Positions 50,301 to 61,238 of a DNA stretch of 64,000 nt are shown here, in pieces (the stretch's first letter is position 1; each line of letters begins with the position of its first letter). A program made the translations under genes and the position numbers. The DNA is taken from positions 1 through 64,000 of the forward strand of contig NGBS01000005.1 in the NCBI GenBank assembly GCA_002245135.1, read 5' to 3'. The DNA comes from Proteromonas lacertae (taxonomy: Eukaryota). Under the pieces are notes generated by a model. That model saw only the letters and a program-made list of their open reading frames with translations. It searched no databases and was not told the origin of the DNA.

Positions 50301-53300
50301 GTAATAACAGGAAGATACCCAAACCAAATAATTAGACCAGTAATGTCATACTTTAGTAAATATTTACATACTCATCATATTTCCTATATCCTATACGATT
50401 CAAGAAGAGAAGGTTTAAATAATTATGTGAATTATTTAAGAAGATCAGATATGAATGGAGAATATTATGATTTAGCAGATGTTGCAGAGTTTATGAAAAA
50501 GACATCATCTCTGTATTCAAGAAGAATTTTGTCTATTGTTAAAAGAATAATTGAATATCCTGGTTTGATTATTGCTCTGCTACAAATTGACGAATTAAGC
50601 AGCTTATTATATTCTTATCATAGATTATTAATGGATAAAACTGAATATCCTTTAGTTGTTTTAATGAATTCTTTGTCACAATTAAGACATGCAATTCCGT
50701 CTGAATTATTATCAGATTTCTATATTCCATCTTATACAACTTTACTTGGTACATCAAACTATTATTTTATGGAAAATGACAGTGACAATTATTATGATCC
50801 TAATACATATATAGCCTTTGTTCTAATTTCAGAAATGATTTTTAAAGGGTTAAATTTAGGTGATTTATATGGTAAAATAATTAGTTCTAATGTTGTTGGT
50901 CAATTCCAGTTGACTGATTCTAACGCTGTTGCGTCTCCATTTAAACTCATCTTTTTTAAATCAGGAGTTGAAAATGTAATGTATGAATCTGATTATTTAT
51001 ATATTCCTGATCCTTTTCATACCAGTGAAGATGAAAGAAATAAGATTTGTGTTATTGATGATTTATTTGGAGAAATAGTATTAAAAACTACACAAAAATA
51101 TTTAGCAATTGGTGTTTTAATTGAAGCTGATTCTGACTATTTTATCTATCTTTTCGCTACACAGATTATAGATACAGTATCATCATTAGTAGTTGATTTG
51201 AAAAAATGGGATTTAGATGTATCAATATTGGATACAGAAAATGAATTAGTTGATTTCATAAATATGTATAAAGAAACAGAAAAATATGATGTATGTTTTT
51301 TAGTTAATTCAATGAAATATTCAACTTTGTTACTGGATACAATGGGTGATTCAAACAAAACATTATTTACAACAGTATATAGACCAGATTATTGTAAACC
51401 AAATATTGTATCAATGGATACTTATTCCTTCTCAGCATTATTGAATATTGTGCAACAGTTTATGGTAATATATTCAGGATGTAGATTTGCATTTTATTAT
51501 AAAGATGAATTTAAGTTACAGTATGATAAATTAGAAGAAGTTCTTACAACAATCGAATATACAGTTCTTGTTTCTTTGCCTATTTCATCTGATGATGATG
51601 TTTTAAAAGCATCGTATGATATTGTTGGTTATTCAACATATCCTGTTGTTATATTCGTAGATGTAGATGATGAAGATGTTGATAGAATAGAAGAAGGTGT
51701 AACAAATATGTTTACACATGTTATATTCCAAATATATTTCTTTCAATGGTTTATACAGAATAGATCTTTCATTAATAGACCTTATTATTATTATTATGGA
51801 GCTTTATACTCTATGGATATAAATCGATTTAATCAAACATTCTCTTTATTGTATTATAATCAAGATGGTGAAGATTTTAATCCATATACTTTAACAAGAT
51901 ATTTTGATCTTCTGAAGTTGTTTTATATGTGGAAAAGTATCTTAAGAGAGAAACAATTTAGCTCTTTGTATAATAAAGTAGTTCAAACTGAATTTGGTGA
52001 TGTTATATTATACCCAAACAATAGAATTGGAAGTAGAATGATATTAAGTTATCATTCACAAAGTGGCTACTGTTATGAGTATTTACTATCAAATTATGTG
52101 AACTGGATAATGGTATTTGCTAATTCATATACTTATACATCAAATTTGACTGTTTGTAGTTGGAATGATGAAGAAAGTAGAAGAAATAACGGTATTAAAT
52201 ATAAAAAGCCATTAGTTGTTACTATAATAATTGGCAATTCTACAGATCGTATTCATTTATCACATCAAATGGCAGTGTTTTTAGATAGATTATTTGGTTA
52301 TTCAACATTTTATGAATCTGGCTTATTTTATAACTATGTTCTTCTGACTTATATTGAAAATATGGATGATAATACTAATATTACTGAATTAATAAATAAA
52401 CTATATGCTAGAGAGAATTTGGTTGCTATATTTGATTTAACAGAAGTTGGAATGGATCAATATCAAGATTTAATATGTTCAAAAGATGTATTCTATTTTA
52501 TGATGCCATTAGTTTCTCAATATTATACTTGTAAGAACATGTATGACATTGGATTAAGTACAATAGCGGTTGCTAAACATATTTATCAAGATGTTGTAGA
52601 TATTGTTGATACATTTATTGTTTTACATGATAGTGATATAGATTTAGGAAGTAATATAATGAAATATTTGAGATTATTATCTGATGGAACATCTATTAGA
52701 TTTGTTGATATAAAAATGAGTGAAGTATATAATAAAATAGTTGAAACACTAAGATATTGTAAAGGAATAAAAACATCATATTCTTCTTGTGTAATGATAA
52801 TAGCTAATTTACAGAGAACTGCTTATATAATGTATTCATATTTCAATGAAGAGAATGTTGATCTAAGAAATGATATGAAATTATATATTCTACATGATGA
52901 TGTTTATGTTAGTGATTATTATAGACAATTTATTGATGGAGCAATTTTTTTATCAACCTATGTTATTACAATAACTGATCCATCATTCAGTAAATACACA
53001 AAAACAACACAAGAATTTTATGATTTTGTTACAACAGAATTTTCAGATAGTTTACTACCTTCATCTATACTTGAATCTGTATATACTGGTTTTTTGGTAT
53101 TGAAACAGTTGTTTAGCAAAATTGATTATTTTGATTATACATTAATGTCAAAATTTCTAACAAACACATATTATGATACACCATCTGGTCCTGCATTCTT
53201 TGGACAAAGTAGAACATTATTGAGAGATATAATCATATCTACAATATCAAGTAATTATTCATTTCCACAGGTAGATAGTACAAGAATGTTGATTAATCCA

Positions 53301-55697
53301 AGTTATTTTTTCCAACAGTTGGAAAGAGAAGATAATTCAATAGATGTAGCTATAGTTATTGATATAAATAATAATACACATTTAGCTGCACAAGTGTATG
53401 CATCTGTATTTAATGAATTAATTACAACTCAAAATCAAATAGGTGGAATAAATAACATACCAATTGTTTTGAAGGTATATTCTTTGAATTTTACACAGAA
53501 TGATACTGAGACAATGAATAATCTAATGAACAATGAGAATATATCATTTATAGTTGGTTGTATCACTAAGTATTGTCATGATCTTGTATCATCATATGTT
53601 ACAAATTCAAATAAGTTGTTTTTATCTCATGTTGATTATCCTAAACATTATTGTAATAGAAATGTAATTATGGTCAATTCATTTATGATTGATAAAATAG
53701 TTTTTGCACTTACTCAATTGAAAAGGAGTAATTTTACTGAGATAATATTACTTACTGTGGAATATACAGATCAGAAAGTAATAGAAAAATATATTAATAA
53801 ATATGAATTAAATTTAGTAGATGCATATTCACTACCAGTTGAAAATTATAAACCAAAGATAAAAGCAATTTTAAATGATTTAAGAAAATACAAATCATCC
53901 TCAAAAATTGTAATAATAAATATGTTAATAGATGAATATTTTGTGGATTTTGAAAAAGAATATATAAAAAGGAAGATACAACCAATGAATGTATTTCAAG
54001 TACTATTATCATATGAAGATTATATATTACATGAAGATGTTGTAAGTCAATTATCAGGTAATTGTATTATTACCCAATTTGATGAGAATTCTAAGAATGA
54101 TTTATCAATATTATTTGTAAAAATGATGAATAATAAGTATGGATTTATTCATAAAAGTCAAGGAATGGCATTATATGATGTTTCATTAAGATTAATAGTA
54201 TCTGCTTATAAATCAGCTGTTGTGATGATGGAAAATGATGGTTTAGAACCAAATTATAATAACATTGATTATATTAGAAGAGGCGTTCAAACTTCAACAT
54301 TTGAGAGTAGCTGTGGTATTGTTACTGTAACAGATAGTAATGAATTATTATATACATTTCATTTTAGTCAGTTTTCAATTTCTGGGAAAATGTTATATAT
54401 TTCTTCAAATTCTACAATCAATACAGATGAGTATTTCATTAAGCCAACTGGTTGTTACTTTGGACCAAAAGTCACATATTATAATGTTACTACATCAGTA
54501 AGAATTATAGTGTTATCATTTGCATCATTATCAATAATTATGGTTATTGTTGTTAATGTTTATTTGATAATCTATCACAGAAAGATAAGAACATCAAGTC
54601 CATGGTTTTTAGTATATTTTTCATTCTCTGGGATTGTTACAGTTATTGTAGTAATAATACAAAATGAAATAAGAGTTTCTAGTTTTTGGTGTAAACTTGT
54701 AACTGCATGTGTTACATTGTTATTAATCAATGATTTAGCAATTTTGGTATTTAGAACATGGAGAATTCATGCTATTTATAATAATAATAAAATGACTAAG
54801 AATAGAATTAATGCTAAAACAATAATTAGAAGAATTCTCATTATAATTTTTTTGGATATAATTATATCAATAATATGGGGAATAGTTGGTGATTTTAGTT
54901 ATTATAGAGAAGAAAAATTGGCTGAAAAAAGTACAAATATTGAATATGTAATGATCAAAGCATGTAAATCCAATATTGAGTATTTAATAATACAAGGTGT
55001 TATTATGATTGTTTTATTGATGTGTGGTATTTATTATTGTTGGAGCACAAGGAATTTAAGTTCAGATTTTAATGATTCAATACCATTGGCAATTAGCATA
55101 GGTTTTATTTCATTTTTATTAGTAATTGTATTTTTGTTAGAAATATCACTACAATATGAATTATATCCTCAATATATTGTACAAATTGGTGGTGGTTCTA
55201 TATTGTTATTAGTTATATTATTATTATTCTCTGTACCAAGGTTTTATAAGTTATTTTATCTTGATACTTTACCACCTGAAGATAGAATTCCTACTTCAAA
55301 AGGAGCTGAAGCAGTTGAATGTCCTAATGCTATGATGGTTGGATATGCTGCTGATTATTCAATACCAACAATGACAAGCACAAACAAACAAACTACAAAG
55401 AATAACAGTAGTAATGGTAAATCATTAATGACCTTATCAACATATACTGCAACAGCAACAACTACCAGAAACAAAGTTGATGTTCCTTATGGAAAGTATT
55501 CCACTATTAATAATAGGTTTAACAATGTAATACAAGGTTCATACATTAAAAGAAAAGGTTTAGAAATTATTACTGATAAAACTGATAATCCTGTAGAAAA
55601 TGAAGAAAAACAACAAAGTGATGATGAGAATGAAGAGAGTAAAAGTGATGAAACTACATTAGAACCTGTCAAAAAGAATCTATTTTATGATGCATGA
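44309..55697 (+). CDS. Class C (GABA-B-like 7TM) GPCR with about nine tandem UrtA/AmiC-like periplasmic-binding-protein (Venus flytrap) modules, ~3,750 aa
   Basis: Signal peptide at 44309. Introns at 44610-44638 and 45742-45769, plus one near 45095-45135 with unresolved boundaries. Two apparent +1 indels (~45268, ~46708). Modules recur about every 1.1 kb. 7TM region (~54498-55250) contains IRTSSP, RTWRIHAIY, WSTRNLSSDFNDS and FSVPRF. Confidence 0.85.
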
Positions 55698-55900
55698 TTT
55701 TATAAATTAGTAATTATGTATGTTAGCTTTTTTGTTTTTTTGTTTTTTTGTTTTTATTTATTAACTCATTTTTATCGACTGAAAAGTAATTGAATAATTG
55801 GTATTATATTTTGTATAATTCGTTAATATCGACAATATAATGTTAATAGATAACTCATAATATATTACATTTTCACAAAAATAATAGAAATCAATTATAA

Positions 55901-58039
55901 TTATGAACTGTCAGAACTATCATCATCATCATTCCCTTCTGAATTTATTTCTTCCAGATGACTCTGATAAACTTCTCTAACTTCCAAACTTTCATTTCTC
56001 ACTATTATATAAATAAATGTAAATGAATATACTTGCACCATTTCTTATCACTCTTATCCTATTAAATTCTTCTTCACCACCGAATATTATTGGACCATAA
56101 TCCTCCACATTTATTCTTATAGTGACTGATAATTCATCTCTTAATTTCTTAATATTATTCCATCCCTATATAATAATAATAATAATAACCATTTCAATAC
56201 AGCTTTGAATATCAATGACATTATCAAATACCATAAAAATCTAAACTTTTTTACTCCAATCTCTATCAATAAAGATATATAAAAACAATAAAAATAGAAA
56301 TACCTGAAAATCTTACACCAGCATACATTAAGAAAGGTAAACACATTACATATGTAACAAACTGACTAAATGTAAGTTCTGGATTTCCCATCATTACTCT
56401 CGCTTCATGCCACATATAGGCATATAATAAGCAGAAAACAGGAAATATAATTAAAGTAAATGCCATTTTAGCAGTCAACATCACATCTCTTCCTTTAATC
56501 TTTACAGCACTATTCGCTAACGCTCTTTTAGCTTGTAAATGAGCCAAACCACTACATAAAGCACCAGGAATTAATACCAAAATACCTCCAGGTAAAGCCA
56601 AGATACTTATCACTAATAAATAGATCAAAGTAGCAAGAAATTCAGAAAATCTTTTTCTATAAGAGAATGTATGCCAATCATCTCTTACCATTTCATCTCT
56701 AAATCCAAAAATATTTAAGATTTCTCTATAACCACATAATTCTTTCTTTGTAGCTTGCAATTCTGGATATTCATCTACATGACGAAGTGCTCTGGAGAAG
56801 TTAACTGTTAATTGTGCTTTATCAGGTAAACTCAGATGTAAATCTTTTGGTGTATATAATTGTCTAGCTATCCATAATAAATCATAACTTGTTTCAGAAC
56901 CACATAATTGTACGATCTTTGTTCTTAATGATAATTCAATAATATCTTTCAATTCACTGATTGCGGCTTTCTTTTCTTCTCTTCCTGCTTTGTACTTGTT
57001 TAACATTTCTTTCTGTTATTTCTATTGGATCACCAACAATGATTGTAGCCCTACTTCTGAATCTGTGTCCATTAAAATAATTCATTCCAACTGGAAAGAT
57101 TTTCAGCTTCTTTTGATTCTTATAATTTGGCTAAATTATTTTATATAAATAAATAGAAATACATTTGATAAATAACTCAATGGTATTGATGCACAACCAT
57201 ATTTAAATGGTAATAAAGTTGGTCTATCATGAGATCCACCTTCTGGAAAAATAGATACAACTTGATTACGTTCAAAACTTTCAAATACTTTAGGATATAA
57301 ATCACTATTACTAAGATGAGGTACAATCTGATATTCTGATGGTTCATCTATATTCTCTTTTATGTTTGATTTTAAATATAAACAGGTATCTGATACGATC
57401 TTTTCTATTCCAATTATTTGTCTATTTACTTCAATACTGTCTAATGATGTAAGTGATGTAAAATTTGTTTTTTCTCCCTAAATTATTATATAATATATAT
57501 ATACTGTTACTATATTTTCTTCAATTGTTATTTTTCCTTCTCCTTTCTTAGCAAAATCGATACTTCTATTAACTGGCAACATTACATCCATCATTCTTAT
57601 CAGAGGACCAGCAATGAATCTTTTAAAATTACTTGCTGCGCCGATAAACCTTACTTTTCTAGGGAATAATTGGTTCAGTACCACGCCATCAACGAATTGG
57701 TTAGAATGCGGAGCACAAACTAGAAATACTGGGCCGTCATCTGGAATTTTGTTTGCACCTTTTATTTTTAAATCTATTAAGTTATAAATATGATAAGATA
57801 TACCTCTAAAAAACAATTTTGACAAACACCAATAGATAATCCACGTAAACCTCTCACCAATCTTATCACCGATAAGAGGATTAAATAAAACAACACCGAG
57901 AATAGCTATTACTATAGATTCAAATCATTATACTAACGAACAGAATGGGTAGAAAATTTGACAAGTGCTCTATGATTTCACCAAAAATTATATCATAAGG
58001 CTTCCAAAAATACACTAAAATTTGCTTCAGAGAATACAT
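55901..58039 (-). CDS. Glycerol-3-phosphate O-acyltransferase, fungal SCT1/GPT2-like (PlsC family)
   Basis: HxxxxD motif APHSNQFVDG, IFPEGGSHDRPTLLPFKYG, PVGMNYF, KIKGRDV and TM segments. Short introns and at least one apparent indel (~57010). Confidence 0.85.
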
Positions 58040-58136
58040 ATTCTTCAAAATAAATTAAAGATTATTTCAAACCAAGCCAAACCAAGTTTTTCATTTTAAT
58101 TTAAATCAACTCAAACAAAACACAATAGAAGATATA

Positions 58137-59414
58137 TTACACACTCATTAATTTTCCATTATTACAATCCTCAAGAAATCTTTCATATAATGTGTAGAAT
58201 GGTGTTTCTGTTCTTCTTTCTATAAAATTATCTATTTCACGACTATTCTCTTGAATGTTATCAACATTGTTATTACTAACAACTTTATTTTCAGTATTAT
58301 TATTATTAATCTCTTTTTCAATCTTTACTGCAGGTATATTTTCATCCAATTTAATCTTCTTTGAAACATTCATACTCTCATTATCTGTTTTATTCTTTTT
58401 TTCTTCATCTTCATCATCACTATCACTAATTGGTATAACTGATGATAATTGTAACTTTCTTTTTGGTAATCTAATCTCTTTTATTACTTCAGAAGGTAAT
58501 TGTATATCTTTTAATGAGATTAATTCATCACTATCAACAACTGGAATTACATTTGGTTTTAATACTTTCAAACTATTATACTTTCTATCCATTGGATCTT
58601 TTAATGAAAATGTCAAATATGAAATATCATAATAATCATCATCATTGAAAAGTGATGATATATCTAAATTAGGATATACAATTCGTGATTCTTTATCATC
58701 TGCTTTTGGAGTCGTAGTTACAGACGATGATGGTGACACTTTTTTCTTTGATTTAGATTTAGATTTAGATTTTTGTTTGGGTTTAGGTTTGGATGTTGCT
58801 GTTATTGCTGTTGGTTTTAAAGTTATTGATGATGCTTTTGTAGTTGGTGAAGGTGGGGGTGTAAGAGAAACAGTTACACTATTATCCGATGATACTACTA
58901 TTTCTTTTGATATAACTTTTGTTACTTTCTTTGGCTTGTTCTCTTTCTTTGATTTGATTTTTGAAGGCTTTGTTTTAACTTCTTCAACTGTTGGTTTTAC
59001 TGTTTCAGCAACAGTCAATTTATTGGATGGCTGGAAAGTTGGAGAAAGTACATTTTCATATTGTCTTGGAGATTGATTTTGAATTTGAGGAAGATATAGA
59101 GAATGAGAAAGAAACGAATTAGGTTTGTAAAATAAATTAGAAGTATAGGATGAGGTAACATGAGTTATTCTACCATTTTGCATTGTTTGAAATAATCTGT
59201 TATCAACAATTTGAGGATTATAATGTGTGTTTGAATTAAATGGTTTTGAAACATTTAAATTTATATTACCTGAAATATTGAATTGATTAAAGGCTTTTGT
59301 CTGGTGAAAAGGTGAGGTTGGCTCATTAACGATAACTTGTGGTGACTCGGAGATGAATGTGGTGTTTAGCTTATTTGAAGATTGTGTGTTATTATTTTCG
59401 GTAGTTGCATTCAT
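58137..59414 (-). CDS. Hypothetical low-complexity protein (Ser/Lys/Asn-rich, basic patches)
   Basis: Intronless 425-aa ORF with ATG start and a T/G-rich tract downstream. No recognisable domain. Confidence 0.7.
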   Translation of the reverse strand: MNATTENNNTQSSNKLNTTFISESPQVIVNEPTSPFHQTKAFNQFNISGNINLNVSKPFNSNTHYNPQIVDNRLFQTMQNGRITHVTSSYTSNLFYKPNSFLSHSLYLPQIQNQSPRQYENVLSPTFQPSNKLTVAETVKPTVEEVKTKPSKIKSKKENKPKKVTKVISKEIVVSSDNSVTVSLTPPPSPTTKASSITLKPTAITATSKPKPKQKSKSKSKSKKKVSPSSSVTTTPKADDKESRIVYPNLDISSLFNDDDYYDISYLTFSLKDPMDRKYNSLKVLKPNVIPVVDSDELISLKDIQLPSEVIKEIRLPKRKLQLSSVIPISDSDDEDEEKKNKTDNESMNVSKKIKLDENIPAVKIEKEINNNNTENKVVSNNNVDNIQENSREIDNFIERRTETPFYTLYERFLEDCNNGKLMSV

Positions 59415-59529
59415 TATTTCAAGGTTTCTTTAAGAATTAAAAAATAAAGAAAAATATTGAAATTGGTGTTTCTAAATTTTCAAATCCCATAAATATAAAA
59501 AAGTCAAAAAAGTTATTATCCAGCATATT

Positions 59530-61191
59530 TTATAACAAATCGATGATAGATTTTATCATGTCTTTGATAGAATCATTCTTTACTTTCAACAATTTATCTT
59601 TAATATTCCTGTTTTTGATATTTGCTAAAACTTCACCACTTTGGCATAAATAATACAAAGTTTGTATTGCATTAGCTTGTACCTCTTTATCTACATTTTC
59701 ACAAAGTTGTAAGACTGGGTGTATTCCATTATACTCCATTACTTTACTTTTCACTAAATCAGTTGCTATATGCAATATATAAATAAAGCTATACATTTGG
59801 TAATATTTAATAATGCAACTATTGCATGTTCATATACTCCTTTTTCACTTGAATTACAAAGATGTATAATTGGCTCTAATCCTTTAAAGACTACTATCTT
59901 ATGAACATTATCATCACTTGAACTAATCGTTCTAATAGCCCAAGCACCATAAGCTTGAACGGATACTCTTGAATGACTTTAACAAATTAACGATTGCCTG
60001 AATACCAGCAATATTTGTAACTTTCTCTTGCATTAATGGATCATCTACAATAAATAAATATAAATATAAATAAAATACTTGCACAAAGATTTCTTATTGC
60101 ACAAACAGCATTTTCTTGTATTTCTGGATCTGAATAATTAACACATAATTCAACCAATGGTTTTAATCCGCCTTTTATTAATATCTTCTTACGAAATACT
60201 TCATTATCATCAGATGCATTTCTTACAATTTGAGCAGTTGCAGCTAATATTTTCTCATTTTCACTATTCTCTAGTATTTTTATTACTTTGTCGATTATAT
60301 CTAATAATTTGATTGCAGTGTCTTGATCTCTTACCAAGTTGGCTATGATTGGAAATACACTTAATCTAACTGTTTCTTCTTCATTATCAAAATAATTATT
60401 AATCAAATTATCGTATAATTTCATATCTTTAAAAGTATGAACTAACTCTTTATCAACTGTCATATTCCTTAAGAATGAACCACTGGCTGATACTAACTGC
60501 ATATTTTCTTTTTCATTAAAGTGTTGAATTGAATCACTGAATATTGTATGATAGTCCATTATATATAATCTTCCATGATGAAAATCTTTGGATAGATTTT
60601 GTAATACTTGATAAGCTCCAATCTTTAATTTTGCATTACTGTGATATATCATTGGGGAAATATAGTGTAGACCCTTTGTTTCTATGAAATATTGTTTTGC
60701 ATCATTACATTCTATAAATAATATATGTAATTATGATAAATCTTGTATATACGAAAGAGTATATTTGCTATACATCCCAAAGTCACTTCTTCTAAAGTAT
60801 CTACTTTCAATTGAGGATAAAGTACAGGGAATATTTTGTTGCTAATTAATGTTATCTTATCATCAGGAAATTCTACAAAAATAACAGAAATATAACGTAC
60901 GATAAGACACTTTCCATAATAATTTTGTGGTATTATATCTCACTATTAGAGGTAGTGCTGTATTTGTAACGATCTTGACTATTTCAGCTAGATCTCTTGA
61001 ACTGAATAATGATTTACCTTTACTAGTATCTAGAACAAGTTATAATAATAAAACAAACATACCGAAATTATTGACTTTTGTTACAAGTGATTTTAATGCT
61101 GAAGTAGAATCAGCTTCAGCATTTGAGCCTAGTTTCTTTATAAGATTCGCAACTATGATTTAGATAAATAAGAAAGAAAGATACTTGACAT
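59530..61191 (-). CDS. Armadillo-repeat protein (Vac8-like repeats)
   Basis: ATG 61191 then a 32-nt intron. ARM repeats GGLKPLVELC...EIQENAVCAIRNLC, VQAYGAWAIRTIS, NGIHPVLQLC...VQANAIQTLYYL. Confidence 0.8.
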
Positions 61192-61238
61192 TTTGACCTC
61201 AAGCCTATGTAATAAAGCTTGATTCGATTAAAGAAAAA
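61192..61238. promoter_or_regulatory. 47-bp bidirectional promoter/5'UTR interval between ARM and VPS13-like genes
   Basis: Divergent ATGs at 61191 (-) and 61239 (+). Contains CAAGCC at 61200. Confidence 0.55.

Noticed and set aside
44309..54480. Bacterial contamination or an ABC-transporter operon of urea-binding proteins
   Set aside because: The modules are fused in frame to a eukaryotic 7TM, the 5' part has spliceosomal introns, and no permease or ATPase genes are present.
12307..59532. Polyadenylation-created stop codons
   Set aside because: Every complete gene I could model has its own genomic TAA, TGA or TAG.
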